Assembly (NCBI GenBank): GCA_963666365.2
Contig: CAXXNF010000002.1
Location: 1 to 64,000, forward strand
Source: Syntrophales bacterium
GTDB taxonomy: Bacteria > Desulfobacterota > Syntrophia > Syntrophales > UBA2210
DNA: 64,000 bases
Direction: 5' to 3'
Part shown: positions 51,001 through 63,000 of the stretch, in pieces
How positions within the stretch are numbered: position 1 is the first letter of the stretch
Layout: every line of letters begins with the position of its first letter
The notes under the pieces: model-generated
The model's input: the letters and a program-made list of their open reading frames with translations, nothing else
What the model was told of the DNA's origin: nothing
The model's database searches: none
Translations under genes and position numbers: made by a program

Positions 51001-54000
51001 CGGCCAAGGCCTCGTACCATATCGGAACGAGGGTACTCACCATCACGGTTCGAAATCGCTTCACCACGGCAAACGACGTGATCAACGCGGTGCAGAATGA
51101 TACCGAGGCGGCTGGTTTCCGTGAGATCTTCCGCATCGCCCTCACCGCCGAGAGCGTGGTCAATGTGACGGACCACGCCGGATTCCGGGTGTCCGACACG
51201 AGCCTTGGCGCCGGGGTATACGCCCTTGGCGACCTGAACCGCGACGGATACGACGATTTCGCCGTAAGCCGCACCCGGGAAGACGGAGGATCGGCACTGG
51301 GGGGCCTGCTTGTGTTCTATGGCGAGGCGAGCTATGGCGAAGGGCCGGTCTCCGCCCTCGATGCCTCCACCATGACCGATATCATCATTCAGCAGGCCAC
51401 TGCCGACGAGTTGGGTGCCACCAGCCTGGTCGGTTCGCTCCAGGCCACTGCGGGTGACATCAACGGTGACGGCGTACAGGATTTGATTGTCGGCCAGCCG
51501 CAGGTCATCCGGATAAGCTCCGTCTCCGATGAATACAGTGTAAACGAAATCCTTAACCGCAACGAACGGGGCAGCGTCTATGTCTTCAAGTCGATTTCCA
51601 CGCGAAGCATTCAGCTCACCCTTGCCGAAGCCGATCTCATCATGGACGGCGAGGGCGAGTACGATCATTTCGGCTATCTGGCGCTTACGCCGAATATCGA
51701 TCTGGACGGCGACCGCATCGACGATCTTCTGATCGGCGCGCCCACCCTGGACGGCATTCTTGGCGGCGTAAAACAGGATGCAGGCCAGATCTACCTCATC
51801 TACGGCAACTACCGCACCGCCGTGATGCCCGTGACCGGTTACGGTATTCTCACCAACCGGACCATCACCGGCAGCGGCAGCTTCCTGGTCGATACGGGCA
51901 TCGGCCGCCCCGACCGGTTCTACGATCCCGATCTGGACGGCGATGGAGTCCTGGATGCCACCCGCTATACCATCGTGACCGGCGAAGGGCAGAAGTGGTA
52001 CCGCTTCACCACCCTCGGCGATGGATATCTCGGCACCATGATCCGCCTTACCCCTGCGGCCTCTGCGGGCATGACCGTACGGCTTTCAGGATATGACGGC
52101 GTGATTGCCGGCGGCCTCGTCGATCCCGACGGAACCGTGGAGAACGACGAATTCCTGGTAGGACCGGCGGTGGACACGGAGGAGACTTCCTTTACGGTTA
52201 AATTCGTCGGTGGTGCTGCCCAGGGCAGCGAGAGTGCCTCCTATGACACAGACACCGATACGCTGACCGTCACAATCGAAAGCGGCGTGTCAACCGCAAA
52301 CGACATTATTAAGGCCATCAACGCCACAACCATGGCCGGCGCTTCCTTCCGTGCAGTCCTGGCGGGTACGGACAACAGTGGAGAAGGAACGGTCTCCGAC
52401 GGGAACCACAGCGTGAAACTGAACGTGGTGCTTGCCGGCGACGGGCTGGAAATGGCCTCGGGAACGGCCGCGATTCTCGAATTCGACCTGAGCGCCTACC
52501 TGGCCTATATGGACGATCCGGAAGTGCTGGCACAGGTGGCTCTGCTTCTTTCGGGGCTTTCAGGTACTGCGGTGACCCTCCCCTCGCCGGTGTCGAATCT
52601 GACCGTGGTGGACGAGGACTCTCTCTTCTTTACCACCGTTGACACGAACGGGATCTACCAGCTCTGGGAGAGCGACGGAACGGCCGGCGGCACGCGGCAG
52701 GTTGCCGAGCTTACCGGTACGCCGGGCAGCCTGATGGATGTGGCCGGAACGCTCTATTTTACCCTGGAAGAGGGGCTGGTAAGCACCAACCTGGGTACCG
52801 ACAATCCCGATCAGCTTTGGAAGGTGCAGGCGGGCGAACCGCGCATCGTCTTCGTGGATGATTTCGATGCCACGCCCGATGCTGTAATTGCGGCGGGAAC
52901 CAAGATATTCCTGAATGTAAACGACAAAATCCGTGTCGTCGATACCGACGGTAACGGTGCCTGGGTCACCTTCGGAGGATCGGCAATTGAAGGTGTCACC
53001 GAGATGGCTGAAGTTGGCGGAACCCTCTATTTCATCGGCGATTATCTCGATCAAAAGACACTCTTCTCCACTACTGGCGGAACGGCGAGCCTGGTGGCCG
53101 AGACGGAATCGCTCTACGGGACGAGCGGTGCCTTTGTGGCGACCGTGGACGGCGCCGAGCGCATCTATTTCACCGCGCCCTATGAGGGGTACAACGTCCT
53201 CTGGTACACCGCGGGCGGCGCTGCCCAGGTGATCAGAGATTCCGGCGACGCCACCCTGAGAGCCCCCGCCAATTTCACGATCTTCAAGGGGATACTGCTG
53301 CTTTCCGCAGACAATGGTGTGTCGGGGAACGATCTCTGGAGAAGCGCCGATGGCGTGAACTTTACGCTGGTCAACAGCGGAGCCGGCATCAACTCCGGCG
53401 GGGCCGCAAATCCGCGGAACCTGTTCGTCTACCGGAACGGGACGGACACGACCGACGATGATCTGCTCTATCTGAGTGCCAAGGGAAGTGATGCCGCGGG
53501 GTCCGAGCTGTGGAAGAGTGCGAACGGCGCGACCTTTGCGCAGGTTAAGAACATCAATGCGACCAGCAAGGGATCATCCAGCCCGAACAACTTTGCAGAG
53601 TTCGGCGGAAAGGTCTATTTCGCGGCCGACGATGGATCAAGCGGCTTCGAACTATGGGTGACGGACGGTTCGGCGGCGAACACGAGCCGCATTCGTGATA
53701 TTAATCCCGGGTCAGCGTCCTCATCGCCGAGAGGCCTTATCGTATACGACGGTGTGCTCTATTTCTCTGCCGATGATGGCACCCACGGGAGAGAGTTGTG
53801 GACAAGCGACGGGACGGAAGGCGGCACCGTCATTTACAAGGACATTCGTGACGGCGAAAAGAGCTCCGATGTGGGGAACTTCATACTCTTCAACAATGGG
53901 ACCACTGACACCGAGGATGATGTGCTGTACTTTACCGCCGACGACGGTGTCCACGGGAATGAACTCTGGTTCATGACTTCCGGTACGGCCGGCGCCGACA

Positions 54001-57000
54001 TAACCCCGCCGGGGAGCAACAACGATATGACCCTTACCAGCTCCGATAAGGAAGGCGGCGTGAGCGTGGTGTTTGCCCATGGTGATGTGACCATGGGTGC
54101 CTGGACCATTGCCGCCTCCACCGTGACCACTGTCGATCCTGACGGCGATGACAACGGGATCAGACTGACCGAGAGCGGCGGTGATGCAAAGAGTCTCGTG
54201 TTGATTCATGCAGACGGGCAGGACGGTGATTCGGCGACAGCCTTCTGGCTTGCGACAGATAAGATTATCAAAGTGGAGATCAACAGCGGTGTGACTAGGG
54301 CCGGGACCATTATCACTGCAATTAACACCGTTTCAGGGGACAGTGATGTGACGGCGGCAAATGCCACTGGCAGCGACGGCTCGGGTATCGTGGGAACCGG
54401 CAGGGAAGCGTCTGCATCATGGTCTTCAACCAGCCGAACCATCACGGTGACCATCAAGGCGGGCGTTACCACCGCTGACGATGTGATTGCCGCCGTCAAT
54501 GCGCGTACCGGAGAGACCTCCATCACGGCAAGCCTCAACAGTTCTGTGGAAACAGGTAACGACGGCTCGGGAACCATCAATACCGAACCGGTTACCACCG
54601 CGGGCGGCGTGGACGGCGCCGGCCCCACCTGGACGCTGAGTCTGCCCGGCGCCGACAATGATATTCTCATTACCGGAGATACCACCACCGACTACAGCGG
54701 GTTTGCGGTGAATGTGGTCGAGGATAGCGATCCAGGTACGAATTTCACCGAGTTCTTCGCAAAGGCCTCATGGAACAGCGATACCAGTCTGCTTACCATC
54801 TCCATCGCCACAGGCCAGACTACGCGGAACGACATTATGGGGGCGGTGGGCACCTCCCTGCGTCCCAATGCGGCCATTCCCCTGACGGCCTCGGCCGCGG
54901 CGGGAGAGCCCGACAATAACGGCATAGTGGGGATCACGGCTATCACCAGCGGCAGCAGCGACGGCGCTTTGTCCGCCGTGGTGATCAATCCGGAAGGGGA
55001 TCTCAATGCGGTAAGCGTGACCGCAGTCAACCCGGGCAGCGGCTACGACGACCTGCGGGTCCTATACGTGGACGATGGTTCCGTCAGCGACGGCACGCCC
55101 GTTGCGGTCTATGACAGCGTCAATAACGTATTGACTGTCACGATTCAGAGCGGCGTGACTACGGCACAGCAGGTCATTAACGCGATCAACGCCGTGACGA
55201 CTGATTACACAGGAACGACTGCCGACTTCAATACGCTTTTCCAGGCCGCCGTGAACGGAGCCGGGACAGTGACCTTTACCACACCCACCCATGTGACCAC
55301 GGGGGGGAGCAGTGGGAAGTCCTCTGTCACGATCAGTTCCACTGGCGGCAATAATGATGTGACCATCGAGGCGGATTCTGCAGGGGTGGCTTACGACGGA
55401 CTAAGGGTGTTGTTCTACGATGACGGCACCTACGCCGGCAACGAGGCCTCGGCGATCTATGATGCGGGTGCGAAGATTCTGATGGTCCTTATAAACAATG
55501 GTTCTACCACGGCGATCAAAGTTGTAGAGGCAATCAACGAAATTGCGGGACTCAATTATACCGCTACATACGGGGGAAACGGTGGTGGGTATGTGCAGGT
55601 GACGACCCCGGCCGACCGTACCGCCGGAGGCGTCGACGGGTCCGCGAAGGCCTTTGTGGAGGTCGATGTCGCCGGTGATGACAATGTGGTGAGAATCGAG
55701 GCCCTGGCGAACGGCAGCGCCGCCAATAACGCGGGGATCATTTTCATAGACGATGTTTCGGTTACGGGCAACGATGCCACGGTCCGCTGGAACGCAGACG
55801 ATCATATATTAATCGTGAAGATTGAAAAGGACGTCACCACGGCCCAGACGGTCATCGACACCGTCAACAACTACGTGAGTGAAGATATGGATGCCTTCCG
55901 GACGGTGTATGCCGCCTCCGGGCCTGTGACTGCCGGCGGTACGGTCGCGGCGCCCATAGCGGTGACCGGCGGCGGCAACGACGGCACGGCGGCGAGCGGA
56001 TCCTTCACTGTGCGGGATGATGCCATCACGGTCACGGCGGCCAACCTGGGGACGGCCTACAATAATGTGCAGGTGCTGCTTGTCGCCGGTGACACGGAAG
56101 GGGCTGTTTACAACAGCGACAACAAGCGCATCACGGTCACGATCGATAAAAACGGAACCACCACCACTGCAGATATTGCAACGCTCATTCATGGTTTGGC
56201 CGATTTTAACGCCTCAGGTGGCGATACGACGAAAGTATTTACGCCGACCTTTACCGATGTGACCGGAGAAACCGGTGTGGACGGCGTGACCGGAGTGGCT
56301 GCAAGCGCGACCTTTACCGTGGCCGGAAATACTATTGACGTCACCGCCGATGCAACCGGGGCAGAGTGGAGTGTCAGCAAATTGGTGCTAACCTCCGGCG
56401 GATCGCTGGGGGCGCCGAGTTTTGACGACGCCACCGACACGATCACCCTGCAGATCGTTGCGGCAACTACGACGACCCTGCAGGTGGCCAGCGCCATCCA
56501 TGACATGGGCGATTTCAACGTTGACACGCTTCCGGAGGACGGCACCCTCGCTGTTGCAGGTACTTTCAACGGCACGGGCGTGGTCACCGGTGTCACGGCG
56601 GTTACGGCCGTTGCGGCAAGCGGTACCTTCACGATTCAGGGCGGAACGACGGCGATTACCGTGACAGCGGCCACAGCCGGCACCGCATACAATGACGTGG
56701 ATGTGCTACTCGTGGCGGATGTGAACGCCGGCAGTGAAAGCGCAGGGTATGTCCACGCCGCCGGCGCCGGTGTAATCACCGTCCATGTAGCAAAGGACGG
56801 TTCGACGACGGCAACGATCATAAAGAATAAAATTAATGGCTTGACTGATTTCAACGCTACCGGCGGAGATACAAAGAATATCTTTACCGACACCTATGCC
56901 GACGCCACCGGGTCGAACGGCGTCGATACGGCGCCCTCCGCGGCCGATCTGGATTTGAATCCCGATCCCGCTGTTGATGCGGTCATTACGGTCACCGCCA

Positions 57001-60000
57001 AGGCGGACGGCACGGCCAATGACGGCGTCCTTATTTACGTCATCGATAACGGGAGCATCGCAGACGGGACCGCTGCGACACAGTGGGACAGCGTAAACGA
57101 AAAATTGAAGATTACCGTTCAATCCGGGGCGACCACAATTGGTACGGTACTAACCGTCATCAATAACACGACCGGCTTCAAAGATCTCTTTGAAGCGTCC
57201 TCAACGGACAGTGGGACAATCATTGTTCCCAGCGGTCTTACCGACGGCGGTGAAACGGCGACAGCTTCAAAGGTCACGCTCACTCTGGACGGAAGCAATA
57301 ACGATCTGCTCGTCACTGCCGCGCAGGGTGGTACGGACTACGACAATGTCACGGTGAAGCTGATAGACGATGGCACTATCACAGGCACCAGCACCACGGC
57401 AGCGGCGAGCTACAACAGCGCGGACAAGGTATTGACCATCAACATCAACAGCGGCTACACCACCGCCGGGGCCATTGTAACTGCTTTGGGAGACGGGAGC
57501 AGCACCAAATTCACCGCCGCGCCTACGGGCAGTGACGGCGATACAACCGGCGCCGTGTCGTTGTCGCGCGTGACCAATCCTACCGGCGCCTCCGGTGGAG
57601 GAAAGGCCTCCGCCACCGTTGCTCTGGCGGGGACGACCACGTCAATCAGCGTTACGGCGGAAAATAACGGTGCCGCCTACTCCGGTGTGCGCATACGATT
57701 CGTTGACAGTGTGCTCGAAATCGGTCAGGAAACAGCCGTCTACAATGACATCGCCAGTGAAATTGTAGTCAGCATCAAGGCCGGCGCCACTACTGCAGCT
57801 CGGGTCATTGAGGTTATCGATGCGCTTGCCGACTGGAACGCGGTACTGGCTTCGGGCAGTTCCGGGGCGAAAATCGACACCGCGGCAGTGAAAACCGTCG
57901 GGACCTATGGCATGGCGGCGGACATCAACAGTTCGGGGAGCGCCAGTCCGTCGCATCTGACCATGTATGAAGGAAAAGTGTATTTCACCGCCAGCGACGG
58001 AACCAACGGCATCGAGTTGTGGGCGGTCAATCCCGTCGGCAATGGGGTTGCCATGGTGGCCGATATCAATGTCTCCGGCAGTGCTGTCCCCCAATACCTG
58101 ACGGTATTTGCCGATGATTCAGATAAGGAATGGCTCTATTTTGCCGCCGGCAACGGCACCGTGAAAGGGCTGTGGCGGACCGACGGAACCGATACTGCCC
58201 AGGTCGGCGCATTTGTCACACCATCCACCCTTGCGGCAGGCAGCGACAGACTTGCCGTAATTTCCCGGGATGGTTCCAACAATGTGCTGACCCTCATTGC
58301 AACGGATGGGAGTACCCAGGGCGTGGGCAAGCAGGCGCCCGTAACGGATGCTTCCAATCTAACCGGCTGGGAGTACGCCGTCGATCAGCACGCACTGGTC
58401 TATGTGGTCGACAATGGTGCAACCTATTCGCTGCAGACGACGGCCTCGACCAGCGCGATCGTGACCGGCAGCGCGTCGATTATCGACAACCTGACCGGCG
58501 TGGGCGGCAACCTCTTCTTTACCGTAGGCGGGAAATCCCTCTATGTGTCCGTCGAAGGCGCCGCGGCGGTCAAAGTGGAGGAATATCCCTATCTGCTTGA
58601 GAATCTGACTGCAGTAGGCGATACCCTATTCTTCGTGTACGATTCCGGAACGACCGATGTGCTCCACGCATTCACCTACGCGTCCGATGCCACACCCGTG
58701 TCGGTCAAGCGCCTCTCCGGTGATGCCTCTTTGATGATCAATGTGAACGGCACGCTCTTCTTTAAACTGGGAAGTGACCGCGGCACAAGCCTGTGGCAGA
58801 GCGACGGCACACAGTCGGGTACGGTGCAGGTGAGCTCTGTCTCGGACGGTTTCACATCAACCGTGCCGAATCCCGCCAATATGGTGGTTCTTTCCGGCTC
58901 GCTTTACTTTACGTCGACCGACTGGAACGGAGAGGCAGTACTGTGGAAGAGCGAGTACGACGGAGAGACGTCAATCTGGACCACGGGCCGCCTGGAAACA
59001 TTCGGCGGCGTGCCGCTGCCCAGCATCACAGTGGAAGTGCTGGCAGCGGAAGGCGACGGGATGATCACCGCCTCCGATTTCGCGGCGCCGGCCCTTGCTG
59101 CCTATACCACTAAATCGAACCAGAATTTCCTGGATCTTACCATGGTGGTGCGCGAATTCCTGGCCTCCGGAAAGACCTGGCTTACGCTGCGCCTCCAGAG
59201 CGAATCGGCGATTACCCTGCGAAGGGCGTGGCTGGCCGACGACAGTGCCACCGGCCTGATCGTCGAGACGGTGGAGCGGACCGGGGTGGTGGCCGATCTC
59301 TACACCTATGAGGGGCGTCTGCTTGTCCAGGGACAGTCGATCGTCGACCTGAGCCGGTTCCCCGCAGGCACCTATTTCCTCAAGGTCTACGATCCGAACA
59401 ACGCGATCGGCACGGAAAAGGTGCTCGACGACCAGGGCCACCAGATCGGCAGTCCCACACTACTGACCGCCGTGGGCGACATGGCCTACTTTGTCCACGA
59501 GACCAAATTGTGGCGCACCAATGGTGTGTCGGTTGCCGAAGTGAAGATCGCCGGAATACCGAATGGCAGCGTGTTCAGTCCTGCCAATCTGATTGGTGTG
59601 GGCGAGACGCTTTTCTTCACGGTTGGCAGCGGTGCAGATACGGAACTGTGGAAAACCGCAGGCGTCTTCGCCGAGAAGGTGGGCGACCTGAGCAATGGCC
59701 CGGCCCATATGACCGCCGTGGGCGACAGTCTGTTCTTCTTTATCGATACGTCCCTCTATGCCAGTGACGATTCGAGCGTCGAATTCGTGAAGACTCTTGC
59801 TGATATTGCCGCCTCTGATATCACCGACCCGGTTGCTTCCGGAGAGGTATTCTTCTTCCAGGTACAGGGCGCCCTCTGGAAGAGCGACGGCACCGCGGAC
59901 GGTACCGCTGCGGTATCCATCGTCGATCCGGGTGTGATCGATTCCCAGGATCTGGTGGCCATGAACGGCTTCCTCTACTATCTGGTCCGCGAGGGATCGG

Positions 60001-63000
60001 TGGTGACACTGTGGAAGGCCAGCCCCCTTGAGGGCGAACTGACCGGAGCGGAGCCCCTGAGCATAGCCGCCCTGGCGGCGATCGATGCCACGGCGACCGA
60101 TCTCCTGGGCGTCCTCGACGGTCGTCTGCTCTTCACGGTAACCGATGGTAAGGGTACAGGAACTACTGACGACGATGAAGTCCAGCTCTGGATCACCAAC
60201 GGGAACGGCGACAAGTTCTTCGGCGATGACGTGGACGGCACGTATATGATCAACGCCGACATCGGCGGCAGCGCCGATTACCTGAAGATCGCCGACGGTC
60301 TGCTCCACTTCGCCACGAAGGTGGCCGACAACGTCTTCCAGGTCTGGACCACCGACGGTGCCGAGGCCGGTACCGTCCAGAAGATCGGCGATGCTCCGGG
60401 CGTCATTACCGCGGCGGCTGATCTGCTCCCCGGCAGGATTATGGAAACGGTCGACCTTGGCGGGACCCTGTATCTTCTGACCGAAACCGATACCTATCCG
60501 ATGCTCTGGAAGAGCGACGGCACGAAACTGGAGCTTGTGACCACCCTGTCCGGTGAGGCCTACGGGCTTACCGTGGTGCGTGATACGCTGTATTTCGCAG
60601 TACGGATGGCGGATGCCGTCACTGAAGACAACGATACGCCCGATGACGATTCCGACGACTGGACCCGCGACGGCTACACGCTCTGGAAGAGCGACGGTTC
60701 CGCCGCCGGTACGATCATGGTGAAGAACCTGGGGAATATCAATCCGGGCATCATTGACAATCTCTCGGCAGTGGGGACGCGGCTGATATTCACATGTCTT
60801 AACGTGGATGACGGCACCTATGACTACAGCCTCTGGGTCACCGATGGGACCGGTGTGGGCACGGTGCCCATCGCGAGCGGCTCGGCCGGTACGCTGCCCT
60901 ATGGAACCGCCGCGATCACACCGAAGAATTTTATCACTGTGGGTGAAACCCTGTTCTTTACCTTCCAGGGGGCGCTGTACAAGACCAACGGGACGGAAGA
61001 GAGCACGGAGAAAGTGAAGGAAGGAACCTTTACGCTCCTGACCGATGTCAACGGCACACTCTTCTTCGAGACCGGCGGGGCCCTCTGGCGGTCAACCGGC
61101 ACCCTGGTGGACGTGCCCTTCACCGTAGCGGCCAAGGCGCCCATCGCCGGCGCGAGCCATGCCGCCGCCGACCGTGACGTGATCCACGGCGGCGACGGGG
61201 ACGACATCCTCATCGGCAACGCCGATCACGACCAGCTCTTCGGCGAGAGCGGCGAGGACTTCTTCGTGGCCGAATCGAAGGAGATCAGGGATCTGGCTTC
61301 CTATGAGACCTTCGATCTGCCGCCGGCCGCCGAATTCAGCGTGAATCAGCCGCGATCCAGCGACACGGAAGTGTATATTCCCGACAATGCGCTGCGGGCC
61401 GGCATTGCCCGGGCGCTGGATATCCCCGTGACGACGGACTACCTGGGCCGGCCGCTGGCGCACGAACCGATTTACGCCAGCGCCATGTCCACGCTGACGG
61501 AACTGCAGCTTTTCGGTCTGGGGATCGAAAATCTGACGGGCATCCAGTTTGCGAACAACGTGACCGTGCTGAACCTGAACGACAATCGAATTATGGATCT
61601 CGGCCTGCTCGTGCCGGCCACCGATCCGATCACCGGCGCGCCCACGGGCATGGCCAACCTGGGGATCTTCACCATCGATCACAACGGCGGTGGCGCTCTC
61701 TCCTTCGACGGCGTGGACGACTATGTGGATATCGAGGCCGATGTGTCCGAAATCGAGCTGACGGTCACCTTCTGGTTCAGGTCCGATAGGGGCAACGTCG
61801 GCCTGTTCAGTGCCGATGCGGGCATCCGCGGGTCCGAAGGCCACGATAGGGATATCTATCTCGATGCAGCGGGGCACATGGTCGCGCTGCTCTGGGACGG
61901 CGACTCATCACAGTACGAAGCGCTGATAACCGACGCAGCTTTCGCCGATGGTCAGTGGCACCATGTGGCCTATCTGTACAGCGACAACGGTGCCGGCACA
62001 AAGCAGCAGCTCTATGTGGACGGTGATCAACAGACCGTCACGAGAGAGTACATCAACAAGAGCGGTGTGATCGACAGCGACCCGGCGCCGCAGGCCGGGC
62101 AGACCGAAGGACGTGAGCAATCCTCCAGTTTCTCCTGGCAGACCGGAATCAACCTGGGCTATGCGCAGACAGCCGACGGCACGGCCCTCTATCTTGAAGG
62201 CGAAATGGACGAGGTCCGCATATGGCACAAGGCCCTGAGCGAGGAGTTGATTGTTGCCGACATGACCAACGACTACCCGGGTGAGCGCGTCTACCTGGTA
62301 GGTTACTGGAACTTCGATGAACCGTCAGCGACCAGCGTGCTCGACAGTTCTCTCTATGAGCGGAGCGGTGTCCTTGGCGGCGGCGTCGATACGCGCAGAC
62401 CGGTGCGGGTACGCGTGAATCCCGCGGAGAAGCCGACGGTTGCCACTGCCTATGACACGGCCTTCAAGACCGACATCCACCACCTGGCGGATCTGAACAG
62501 ACCCGGTCAGTTGACGCACCTGAGTCTGGATTACACCCGGACCTTTGATCTGACGCCGCTCGCTGAGCTGACGGAACTGGTGTTCCTGAGTCTGGACGGC
62601 GTGGTTCCCGCGGGAACGCCGATGCTTGCGGAAGTCGTGGATCACAGCGTTGATCATCTGGTGGAGACCAAGGACGGCACGGTGATCAACCTTGAGAAGG
62701 GGCACACGCTGGTCCTCAGCAGCGGCATCTTCGCCTGGAAACGGCTGCAGGTGGGCGGCGGCGTGGATACCGACGAGGCGTTCACCATCAGTCGCGGTAA
62801 TTGGGACGGCAGCGTCTTTGCCGGGTCGAGCACGGGAACCCATCTGCGTGTCGAGGCCTTTGGTGTGACTGAGTATCACAGTATCGCCGGCGGAAGCATC
62901 ATCCAGATCCTCTTCGACGGCGGGAACGGCGATGACGTACTTATAGTGGATGCCAGCGTGACACTGCCGGTGTACGCGGTGGCCGGCGACGGCAACGATA

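Larger units (their letters stand above)
47525..51810 (+). other. FG-GAP beta-propeller 2, seven blades, split by large inserts
   Basis: GDFDGDGSDD (~47535), GDVNADGKTD (~47697), degenerate GNWSG...NDLLV (~47904), GDISGNGLDD (~50652), GDLNRDGYDD (~51228), GDINGDGVQDLIVGQP (~51453), DLDGDRIDDLLIGAP...AGQIYLIYG (~51699). Confidence 0.75.
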
